Shown here: positions 13,301 to 22,680 of the stretch, piece after piece | Layout of the letters: every line of letters starts with the position of its first letter | Position numbering within the stretch: the stretch's first letter is position 1 | Source of the DNA: Phoronis australis | Taxonomy: Eukaryota; Animalia; Phoronida | Reading direction: 5' to 3' | Assembly (NCBI GenBank): GCA_002633005.1 | Contig: NMRA01000065.1 | Location: forward strand, 54,043 to 118,042 | DNA length: 64,000 nt | Translations under genes and position numbers: made by a program | Notes under the pieces: generated by a model | What the model saw: the letters and a program-made list of their open reading frames with translations, nothing else | Told to the model about the DNA's origin: nothing | Database searches by the model: none

Positions 13301-16300
13301 CAGGTGTCGGGAACAAGTAGGGACCTCTTGTGGGAGATTGTAGGGAGTGTGTGACAGGTTCAGGGACTACTTTTTGGGGGATTGTGGGAAGAATGTAGCA
13401 GGTGTCACGAATAAGTGTGGAGCTCTTGTGGGAGATTCTGAGTAGTATAGCAGGTGTCAGGAACAACTAGAGACCTCTTATGGGAGATTGTGGAGGCAGT
13501 GTAACAGGTGTCAAGAACATGTAGTATCTTCTTATAGGAGAGGTGTTCAAACAAGTTGGTACCTTTTGTGGGCGATTGTGGGGAGAGAGTAACACAGAAA
13601 GAAGTAGGAACTTCTGGTGGAGGACTGTGGAGGTGTAGCATTTGTTGAAAGGAAGAAGAAAAACCAACTAGTTGATTCAGACTTTTTTGTATCTTTCTTG
13701 TCTTTGGCACCCTAGAGTATGGTATTTAATATGTAACTTAGAGTCGCCATCTGTTGGATGAATGAATTCTTGTGCTGGTGAATTATGTATTTTTCCATGA
13801 TGATATTCGCTTGACTTCAATGCAGTTAATTTCCTCTATGCGTATAATTTTGAGGGGCCATTCATTTTGTTTCAAACATTGTGTAATTTGCTTTGTAGGG
13901 CCCAGACGGAGGCAGAGGCCATTAAGAACCGATATGAAAAAGAGGCTGAGACCTACAAGAAACTTGTGGATGCTGGTGGGCTGAACCTGGGCACTGAAGG
14001 TAGAGTAGGCTCTTCCTGCCTGTAGGTCTGTGACCATCACGCTTTACTGAAGACTCGACTCTAAAATTAGCTAAGGGCTGTTCCAGTAAAATCCATGTGG
14101 GAGGGGGGTGGGACGGCAGTAGAAATAAAGAATTCATGGGTGGTGGTCTTCAGAAAAAATCTCAGTGGGTGGTCGTTCCTGTAAGAAGTGATGCATTAAA
14201 AATGAGTGGTATTTTTTGACCTGTTAATGTTGACAGGTTGGTTACTTCAGCTGACAAAACTCAAAAAAGTGCAATTGGCATATATCCTGACTTATCCCAA
14301 TACAAAAAAGCCCATATTGCCAGTGAACAGAGTGCAATATGTTCACTAAGCCATATATCAAGTCATGGGCAACATGATTTGAGCCAAGTGTTTGTCTGCA
14401 GTCCTATTGAATTGAAAAGTTATGCAGCAAAAATCTGATGAATGACTAACCTAGTGCCCTTTCCTGAATTTTTTGTAACAGTTTAAATGTTGATCTAAAG
14501 CTAGTTGCACAAAACAGTCCCAATAGGGACCAGATTAATATGTTCCCAAAAGTTTCAGGAGATGTAGATTTTGATTACCCACTGAAGTCCTATTTTCTAT
14601 CTCATGTCTTTATTGTGAGCTCCTCTTTTACCGTTTGACTTTTTCTGTTATTAATCAAAACTGGGCCTTAAATTAGGAGTGTTGCATGAAGAGGCCCTGA
14701 TTTATTTTCAATAATATGAAGAACTCAGCATTGAGTTTAGTCTCACTGTGTGTCAAAAGCTTAAATTTGATATAGCAGAGAATATAAAATAACAGACAAA
14801 AATACAAAGTTCACATTCAAATTCATTGAAAATTTAGGGACCTTAGTTGAGTCCCTATTGGGGCTGTTTCATGCAACTAGGCATGGGCTTTTAAATGTAA
14901 GACAAAATTTGCAACTTTAAAGTCTAAAATTCCTTCTTATGTGTTCATTTTACTGTTGCAGAATAAATATTTTGCTATTTAATATATTGTGAGAACTGCT
15001 AAATTTGATTATGACTTATGCAAGTTTTCTGATTCTCAGACACTTTGTCTTTGACGAACTAGTGTGTAATAGTACATGGGAAAGTAGGGGGACATAAACA
15101 CCTAAAAATAAACCGGCATAAAACTACTTAAAAGCTTCAGTCTTGCTTTTAGTTATTTCCTTTTATAAAAACGTTAACAACAATATTCTGTAAATATTGC
15201 AACTGTGTCCACTATCTTGTTAGAAAAGGTATGGTAGCATGGCACTCAGTTTAATAACTGGAAGCTGAGTAAAAATCTGTGTCAACTGCTTCCACAGCAT
15301 GTCAAACTTTACGCATTTGGATTATTAACAAAATGAAATTTTGGATATTAAGTTCATATTCCAATATCTCAAAAAAGAGTGACCTTAGGTATTTGAGATT
15401 TTATTTTGCAACTATGAATGAAATGTTTACTTCTTGTTTTTGGCCAAACCATAAAAATGAAAGTTTAAATAACAAAAATACTGTAATATTCAGAGCTCTG
15501 TTCCGACCATAAAAACTGAGAAATGATGACTTGATTTTGCAATTACCATAAAATCAAATCAATATATTTCACACTTGCCAGTGTGTCAAACCGGTTATTC
15601 TAAGGTAGCCGTGTTACCTAAACTGCGGTCAATATTAATTTTTATGCGCCCACATATTTATATGTGGACGCATTATGCCGTCATCTCCGTCCGTCCGTCC
15701 GTCCGTACGGGCGGCGTCCGTCCGGCGTCCGCTGCTCTATCTCCAAAACCCTTTGACATATGTTCATGAAATTTGGCACATATGTTCCATTCACGAATGG
15801 GACGGCATGTGCGAACTTTTGGACGGATCCGACTACTGGTGTGCCCCCTAGTGGCAATTTTTGTTTTTTACGCTTACCTTTGTATCTTCAAAAGTCCTGA
15901 ATGGATTTTCGTGAAATTTGGTATGTAGGCACCTATTAGTGAGATGACGCTATCCTCCCGTTTTCAGATGGATTCGACATAGTTTGCACCACCTAGTGGC
16001 CATTTTTAGAGTTTTCGAGTCTGTTTTTGTGCGTCCACCCCTCTATCAACCAAACCGCTCAAAGGATGATTGTGAAAATTGGCATGTATGTGCTTACTAT
16101 GTAGAGGACGGTTGACGATGATTTTCCGATGATTTCGACTACTTTGGCACCTCCTAGTGGCAGTTTTGATTTTTTTCGCCTATGGCTGTATCTCCTAAGC
16201 CGTTTGCAGGATCTTTACGAAATTTGATAAGTGTATTTATATGATATTAACAACAGATGATGACGACTTTTGGACGGATCCGCCTACCAGTGTGCCCCCT

Positions 16301-17361
16301 AGTGGCAATTTTATTTTTTTACGTTTACCTCTGTATCTTCACAAGTCCTTAATGGATTTTCATTAAATTTGGTATGTAGGCACCTATTAGTGCGATGACG
16401 CTATCCTCTTAGTCCCGTTTTCGGATGGATTCGACCTAGTTTGCGACACCCAGTGGCCATTTTTATTGTTTTTGAGTCTGTTTTTTGGCGTCCACCCTTC
16501 TATCAACCAAATCGCTATAAGTATGATTGTTAAAATTGGCATGTATGTTCTTACTATGAAGAGGACGGTTGACGCTGAATTTCCCATGACTTTGATTACT
16601 GTGGCGCCTCCTAGTGGCAGTTTTTTTTTGCGCCCATGGCTGTATCTCCCAAACCGTTTGCAGGATCTTTACTAAATTTAGCAAGTGTATTTATGTGATG
16701 TTGACAACGGACGATGACGACTTTAGGATGATTCTGACTACCGGTATGCCTCTAGTGGCAATTTAAGTATTTTACATTGACCTGTGTATTTTCATAGGTC
16801 TTCAGGTGTATACTTTGTGTTACTTCTTGACTATGAAGGAAAAGTTCCAAGTAGAAATTTGTTTCTGGCATTCTAATGCTGTGCTAGTCTCGTATGTTGG
16901 TTTATTTTTTTTTTAATTCTATGTTTCTGTGGTGCTTTAAGCAACTGATGTATAGGATGTGCTTGTATTATGAAGATCACTCACATTTTGCCCCTTAGCC
17001 TATTGAGGAGACAATGGCCATGCCTTTCCATTTTGCAAAGTACAACATACTACATATATGCCCTCTACTGGCCACTTTGTTGTACCAATAAACAACTCTA
17101 GAAGGATACTGTATACGGTGCAATTGTGGGCGCATTTCAACGCTCTGCGCTGCTCTTGTTACTTATGGCTTTTAAATTGTATCTCAACCTAACTGTTATG
17201 ATGCATTTAATCTGTATTGGAAAGTCTCACTTTTATTTATAGATACCCTGCCTTTTGTAGGTTTTCTGTCCTATATTGGTGTACGAGCAATTTCTTCAGC
17301 CACAAATCCTGTGTACGTTAGTATGAAGGGTCCTGCCAAGACATCTTATTTGACACCATAG
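7236..17361 (+). CDS. SPFH/Band-7 (prohibitin/erlin-like) domain membrane protein; 7 coding exons join(7236-7341,9516-9652,10723-10855,12280-12419,13057-13253,13899-13999,17261-17361), 304 aa
   Basis: All six introns are GT..AG with matching phases (1,0,1,0,2,1). The exons sum to 915 nt, an open frame ending in TAG. The protein has an N-terminal hydrophobic anchor (VAIIAVIVGVLALSIGLLV), SPFH-type segments (EVGIAYN..EGLHTGPPG; CLNKDGVKILLDVSFQY; VTDLQVNNI..P..YETAV) and an EA/AE-rich coiled coil. The acceptor ttgcag just before the ATG implies an upstream non-coding exon. Confidence 0.9.
8156..9344. mobile_element. Tc1/mariner(pogo)-like MITE in SPFH intron 1, interior mostly an assembly gap
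   Basis: Perfect TIR CCGTAATCGTTCGGGTTAACGCCC at both ends, TA on both flanks, and internal GGGCG(G/C)TTAA subrepeats. Confidence 0.85.
8276..9134. other. Assembly gap (N run)
   Basis: Run of Ns. Confidence 1.
9516..9652 (+). CDS. SPFH gene coding exon 2
   Basis: Acceptor ctcttacag|, donor AAG|gtattg; encodes VGIAYNTVQKILYEDTKDEGLHTGPPGFEIIIFPSVFKSINFTSLK. Confidence 0.9.
9679..10309. mobile_element. PIF/Harbinger-like MITE remnant in SPFH intron 2
   Basis: Terminus TTA|GGGCTGTTCCAG; 10189-10309 is the reverse complement of 14131-14245. Confidence 0.6.
10310..10450 (+). repeat. Solo diverged copy of the HINE core unit in SPFH intron 2
   Basis: ttttttacgtttacctctctatcttca...gattttcat..aaattt...gtggccatttt aligns by eye with 16315-16465. 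Confidence 0.6.
10723..10855 (+). CDS. SPFH gene coding exon 3
   Basis: Acceptor tgtttcag|, donor G|gtagga; encodes CLNKDGVKILLDVSFQYQARAAHLRKLILQFRDHKGYLKVLVSV. Confidence 0.9.
12280..12419 (+). CDS. SPFH gene coding exon 4
   Basis: Acceptor ctcttacag|, donor CAG|gtgagg; encodes GNSVIHESCSKFNTTQFQAERAQFQDYLRKRLRLRYDDLYADVTDLQ. Confidence 0.9.
13057..13253 (+). CDS. SPFH gene coding exon 5
   Basis: Polypyrimidine tract with acceptor atctag|, donor AA|gtaggt; encodes VNNIARPAGYETAVRAKESAREDIKVAINE...EADATIIKN. Confidence 0.9.
13245..13640 (+). repeat. Degenerate ~40-60-bp minisatellite beginning at the exon 5 donor
   Basis: About 7-8 units with consensus GAACAAGTAGGNACCTCTTGTGGGAGATTGTGGGAG..GTAACAGGTGTCA. 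Confidence 0.8.
13899..13999 (+). CDS. SPFH gene coding exon 6
   Basis: Acceptor ctttgtag|, donor G|gtagag; encodes AQTEAEAIKNRYEKEAETYKKLVDAGGLNLGTE. Confidence 0.88.
14075..14245. mobile_element. Terminal fragment of the same Harbinger-like MITE family, opposite orientation, in SPFH intron 6
   Basis: Terminus TAA|GGGCTGTTCCAG plus ~115 bp of inverted homology to 10189-10309. Confidence 0.65.
14501..14880. mobile_element. MITE (~380 bp) with ~30-bp TIRs
   Basis: CTAGTTGCACAAAACAGTCCCAATAGGGAC versus GTCCCTATTGGGGCTGTTTCATGCAACTAG; TSD not resolved. Confidence 0.65.
15639..17160 (+). mobile_element. Non-autonomous Helentron-associated (HINE/DINE-1-like) element with tandem core, in SPFH intron 6
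   Basis: 5' T-run, subTIR ATGCGCCCACA (15644-15654), short inverted repeat and a (CCGT)n microsatellite. These are followed by ~150-bp tandem units, the matching subTIR TGTGGGCGCAT (17125-17135), a short GC stem and the terminus CTTGTT. Confidence 0.8.
17261..17361 (+). CDS. SPFH gene last coding exon (exon 7)
   Basis: Acceptor ccttttgtag|; encodes GFLSYIGVRAISSATNPVYVSMKGPAKTSYLTP*; candidate AATAAA signals near 18900 and 19224. Confidence 0.85.
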
Positions 17362-18651
17362 GTCAAGGATTCAGCTACACAGACTGTGGTACTCAGGGCC
17401 CTCTTTTGACGAGTTATAAAGTTTAACACTTGTATTGGATTCAGGAGCCCAAGCGTGTCTCCTCTTTGACAGGGCGTTTTTAGACGTCTGAAAAATATGC
17501 AATACCAATATCACAATGGTATGGTTTTGTCACTACATTACTGTAAACTTCTGTCAGATGTTAACCCTCAAATGGTACTATCCTTAAAATCTTCTGTTTT
17601 GACATCAAAACGTTTTAGAGTTTCCTTAATATAGCAATTTCACATTATTACACTATGGACGAAGCGTCTTTCATTGAGTGTCCTCATGGTTAGATTATTT
17701 ACCACAAACTTGATTTGTTTTCGTCTAAAGTTAAGATATATAGTCACTTGTCTTTAGCCAATATTGTGAAATCTCAGTAAAGCTCGATTGAGTATATAAG
17801 TAAGAATTATTAGTCTTCTCGCATGTTGGCCACATCACATAACCTATAGTCAGAAATCTGAAAAGACCTCTGTCATGACTGGTCTTTTCAGATGTAATTA
17901 TAGATCACATGATGTGATCAACATATGGCAGGTAAGAAGACCATAATAATCCTTACTTATTCCATATCAACGTGCTGATTTTTAACAGGGATTTGTTGAG
18001 CGTACTTAATCAAAACAGTGAAAGTGTTTTTATGGGTGATGTCGTTTTACCATGTTATCCAGTAGTAGCAGTGGTAGCTGTAATAGATGATGGGTCATAT
18101 CAGCCCCTCGCCAGAAGCGATCGTGGAGGCTCTGACCCACTGCCGCTTGTTGCTTTATTGTAATGGAAAAATTAAAACATCAGTCTGACCTTGTCTACTT
18201 TTGGACCCCTTCATTCTTGTGCGTGATCTGCCTCACCTAACTTATTGTTTACAATTATGAGAATTTACTTGAATTGTCACGTAGTTAAGTTTTCATTGGG
18301 TAACTGACATACGTTTTGAATATTACTTATATTTATTATATTTTGAATATTGTATGATTATATTATTTACAGTGTCTCTGTGTATTCCTGTTTTATGATA
18401 TTGAAATCAAGTTGCAACTATTTTACAGTTGAGTTGTGTCCTGTCATTCCGGTAGAATTAGTCCATCATTGAATCAAAGTAGTGTTTTTGTTTGTATTTT
18501 CAATATCATTCTTTGTAAACATGAAAAAATATCAACAAATATCTGACAAGATGGTCATGAAAGTCCCTTAATTTACCGGTCTGGGTTGATGTGTTCTACC
18601 AGGGGTTGACCTGGTCTCTCAGTGGATTGCTGTGTTTGACCAGGGATCGAC

Positions 18652-18724
18652 CTGATGGCTCATTGGATTAAAGTGTCAACACAGATTGCAGAAGGTCCCG
18701 AGTTCGCGCCCCAGTTGGGACAGC
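18652..18724 (+). mobile_element. Degenerate tRNA-like SINE head in the SPFH 3' region
   Basis: A-box-like TGGCTCATTGG and B-box-like GAGTTCGCGCC at tRNA-like spacing. Confidence 0.35.
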
Positions 18725-21286
18725 AATGCTTTCAGACTTGTAACTTATAAGTGATGTGATGTAACCAAACAGAGTTTTGTAGGGTACTTACTCTTTGTGA
18801 TATCATTATTTAAGTTGTATGTAAATATGCTGTGTGGAATTGCACTGCAGTTATAGTACGGTTTATATTATTCAAGACAGGCATTCCTATCCAAATCCGA
18901 ATAAAAATTTGAATTTTTTTTTACTGTGGGGACTGTGTGAAAACAACAGATTGTATTGGACGTTTCTGATTGCAAGCCCCACGGCTGTATATTCAGAAAA
19001 TAGTTCTTTTTGAATTTTCCAGTACCCTGGGGGTGTCTGCACATGCAGTGTGATAGAAAATATATGTTGATAGTTATGTGGACAGCGTTAGCTGACTATT
19101 TCTTACTTGAAGCAGTCTCTTTGCTGACCAGTATAAAAACTCATTTTTAGAAGTGGAATGTTGGATGAATTAAAGTTACATCTCTTTGTATTTTAAGATT
19201 GCTTTCTAATATCTATTGCTTTCAATAAAAATTATTTCTATTTGCGGGGAGTTTTACATCTTCAAACTTTTTGCCTTCAGTTTGCACACTTCTCAACAAT
19301 ACTGTAGTGTAGTCACAAGTCATGAGATCCGTTGAAACATCAGTCCCCTCGCCATGGACTTCCAAACAATACAAAAAATGAGTATTCTACAAATAGTTCC
19401 TACAATAATTTGAAAGTACACTTTTCAGGGATTTAGGCAGTCAATTCTACCGTTCATAAATTCCGCATTGCCGTTTGCACTTTCTAATGACTCGGTTGCT
19501 GTAAGCGAGTGACGAATCACTGCTACGATTCCCTGGGTAACCACTGCTCAGATAAACCCGTCACTAAATCTCTACCAGAAATGTAGCCTTGGTACAAAAC
19601 TATACTATATACAGCTTCGCGCCGATGTGGGTAAAAAACTACCCAGATAAAATCTGATACAAAATTAGTGTCATTAAAAAATACGCTCTTCCTTGAGTAA
19701 ACTTTTATTCATTTTTGGCTGAGCATGATTTAGTAGTTGCATCTTAGTCCGGTTTCAGAAGTGACTACTCCTGTGAAACTGCCCTCATTAATATTGTTAA
19801 CGGCTGGGCTCAGGGTGTAGATAGTGGTCACAACGTTGGTGTAGTATTTTTGGATTTTAAAAAAGCTTTTGATCTCGTTGATTACAATATACTAAGCAAA
19901 TTATTAATTTACAAGGTGTAGCCCTTGGTGGACATCTGTCTGAGTCCCGAGGTATCACACACGGTGTTCCCCCAGGGATCCATCCTGGGACCTCTGCTGT
20001 TTTTACTTTTATAAATGATCTCTCTTCAGTCTGCGAAAACACGGTTGACATGTATGCAGATGATACTACTTTGTCTGTTGTGGCAAACTCGCTGATCGCT
20101 GTAAAGGTCAGACTCCAGTCTGATCTGGATAAGGTTCTACCTGGTGTACTGATAATAAAATAGTAATTAATGCTGAAAAAACAAAATGTACGAGTATTGC
20201 CTCAGAGCAACGGCATAGTAGAAGTAATCTTGAGCTTAACCTTGCTATTTCCAATGTAAGCCTCAATTATGTTGACAATGAAAAGTTATTAGGTGTTACT
20301 GTTGACAAGACCCTCAGCTGGTCTAGCCATATAAATGGAACTGTATCCAAAATTAGGCAGCGCCTTGATCTTCTCCGGCGTATATCACCATTTCTTCCCA
20401 CAGAAGGGCGTCTGCAATATTTCAGCGCTTGTGTATTCCCTCTGTTCGTTTATTGTAGTACAGTGTGGTCAGGATGCAATGCAAAATTAGTTTCCTCTTT
20501 ATTGAAGGCTCAGAAGCAGGCGGCCAGACTTGTTCTATGTGTGCCTTTTGACACTCCGTCAACTCATATGTTTAATAGACTCGGGTGGCTCCCTATTGAC
20601 AAATATTTTATATATAGGCGTTTGTGTATGATGCATAGGTGCTTTCACGGTAATGTACCGACTTATTTATCTCGTAATCTTGTACTTGTTCGAAATAGCC
20701 CCCAAATTAGGAGAAGATTTTCTGCCTCAAACAATTTGGTTTTGCCCAGACACAGAACTTTGTTTTATTCTAAGTCCTTCTTTATTCAGACCATCCAACA
20801 GTGGAACAATTTGCCTAATAGTCTTAAGGATGCTGACTGTTATGATAATTTCAGACACCACCTCATCAGTTATCTGTGGTCGTCATAGATGTCCCCCCTT
20901 TTTGTCTTTCCATTATATTTACCATAAAACTTTTTATTTATTTATTTATCTTTAAAGGCGAAGGCAACCTTTTGTCATGTCATTTTTAGCAAAAATAAGG
21001 TTCGTTGGTTATCTCAGATATGTTTTACATTTAACTGCAATTTTTCGTAATTTAATCAATTACTTGTCCTCTACTCCGGAAGTGACGTTTTGGGAGGCAA
21101 GAATTTCGCGCCAATTTGGCTCTGCGTTGAGTTTACTGTGAGAATCTGTACTACTTTTGTTTTCGGGTTGTTTTTCTAAAATTGTAGTCACCACTTCCCA
21201 TCGACGAGTTTTCTACGACAAACTAGGTTGTTAGAGAGCCCAATTACGTTGGATCTAGGGATTCTTTATTTTGTATTAATCTGAAA

Positions 21287-21445
21287 ATGACTGGAGTCGG
21301 TGACTCATATCACAGTGACAGTAGTGTCGTGATCAGTAACGGAGACATTGTTCATATAGCAGTGTTGACGAGGAATTTTTTCACGGACAGTCAGTGGGTG
21401 GACATACTTTATATGTTTGAGCCCGAGTATAATGAGGCAGACGGT
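21287..21445 (+). pseudogene. Putative truncated N-terminus of the Kolobok accessory ORF (KolX-like)
   Basis: ATG-initiated ORF just inside the left TIR, convergent with the transposase, containing LYMFEPEY (21407-21430). The assignment rests on position and a recalled motif only. Confidence 0.45.
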
Positions 21446-21459
21446 ATGCACAGGCACAA

Positions 21460-22169
21460 CTGTCCTATTTGCCCCAGTGTCCTGCGACACAGTCCCACTG
21501 GATGGTGACCTGAGCACCCAAACTGCTTACATTCCGCAGTGTGACTTCCTCGCCACACACCTGCCACTTTCTAAATAGCTCCAATACTTTTGACAAGTCC
21601 ACAATAAACTTATCAAAGTTTGGCTCACCGATCTGTTCGTTGGACGACGAAATGTCCTCTCTTCACTGGGTGTCGAACTGGGCCTGTATTCAATCCCACA
21701 ACTCAACATCGCTGCAGGGCTGCTTACAGGCTCTGTGTTAGAAACAACAGAACAGGGCGAATCACTGCTATACCGTCGGAGGCACGGGTGACAGCAGATG
21801 AAGTGCCTCCAGTCACTGTAGTGGCCAGTTCGCGAGGCTTCGAACTTCTCGAGGGTGGCGACGGAGCACTGCCGGAAACCAACAGCTACGGTATCGCACC
21901 CTTCTCCAGGCGTTGTTTCACAGGGACCTTCATCAATTCAGCGTACATATCCCTCTCGTAATCTGACGCCAGAACTGCTTGCCACACACTCGGTAACCCT
22001 CCACTGCTTTAAACGTTGCGTTGACGCGGGTAACGCTGCGTTCTTCACACGAACGAGCCAAGTATGGCGAAGTGTGTCATCCTTTGGAAAGCGATGCAAA
22101 GCCTGGTATTCCCAAAGCGCGCGTGAAACGATAATGAGTACATCCCGGTACGCAGCAACAGTGTGGCAT
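21460..22169 (-). pseudogene. Decayed THAP domain plus N-terminal part of a Kolobok transposase
   Basis: Read across frameshifts and stops: MPHCCCVPGC..., LHRFPKDDTLRHTWLVRV, YRVCGKQF, DYERDMYAELM...RLEKGAIP* (THAP C2CH/AVP pattern). Further on: DKFIVDLSKVLELFRKWQVCG...GAQVTIQWDCVAGH. Confidence 0.8.
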
Positions 22170-22637
22170 GTTGTCTGACTCGTAAACAAAAGCAAACGAC
22201 TACCGAACTTATCACAAACGAGGTACAACAATGACTGACTTGACAGCTCTCACAGTCAGAGAGAATACATGAAAAGAAATTGGCGCGAAATTCTTGCCTC
22301 CCAAACCGTCACTTCCGGAGTAGAGCACGAGTAATTAATCAAATTACGAAAAGTTGTAATTAAGTGAAAAATATGTCTGGGATAACCAACGAACCTTATT
22401 TTTTTCTAAAAATGACATGAAAAAGGTTGCCTTCGCCTTTAATTCAATTTGTTTATCCAATTTGTAAATGCTACTTTAGTTAATGTATCTTACTGTATCT
22501 TAATTTAATCTGTTTATTTAACTTAATTCAATTAATTTAATTTCTTGCTGCAGAGGACCATGCTGGATATTAGCCTTTGGCTAAAGCATGTTTTACATTT
22601 ATTGTATTTTATCCTCTTTAAATAAAGTTTATTGTCA

Positions 22638-22680
<43 letters not shown>

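Larger units (their letters stand above)
20956..22438 (-). mobile_element. Internally deleted Kolobok DNA transposon (1483 bp)
   Basis: TTAA on both flanks (20952-20955, 22439-22442), AG..CT termini, and ~162-bp imperfect TIRs (20956-21117 / 22277-22438). The interior carries decayed THAP and transposase motifs. Confidence 0.88.
19700..22680 (+). mobile_element. 5'-truncated, decayed non-LTR retrotransposon (CR1/L2-group LINE); 3' UTR split by a Kolobok insertion
   Basis: Frameshifted RT motifs: (Q)SGFRSDYSCETAL, VFLDFKKAFDLVD, GVPQGS-ILGPLLF-LFINDL, VDMYADDTTL, EKLLGVTVDKTLSW. The C-terminal ORF 20463-20888 (QKQAARLV...LGWLPI...SFFIQTIQQWNNLP) follows. The 3' tail AATAAA plus (TTA)n lies at 22621-22680. 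Confidence 0.9.

Noticed and set aside
13245-13640. Repeat-spacer-like periodicity suggestive of CRISPR
   Set aside because: The units are degenerate over their whole length with no unique spacers, there are no cas genes, and the context is a eukaryotic intron.
21620-21961. 113-aa + strand ORF inside the Kolobok containing 'RCRAAYR'
   Set aside because: It is antisense to the recognisable THAP-transposase relic, and the resemblance to KolX motifs is probably coincidental.
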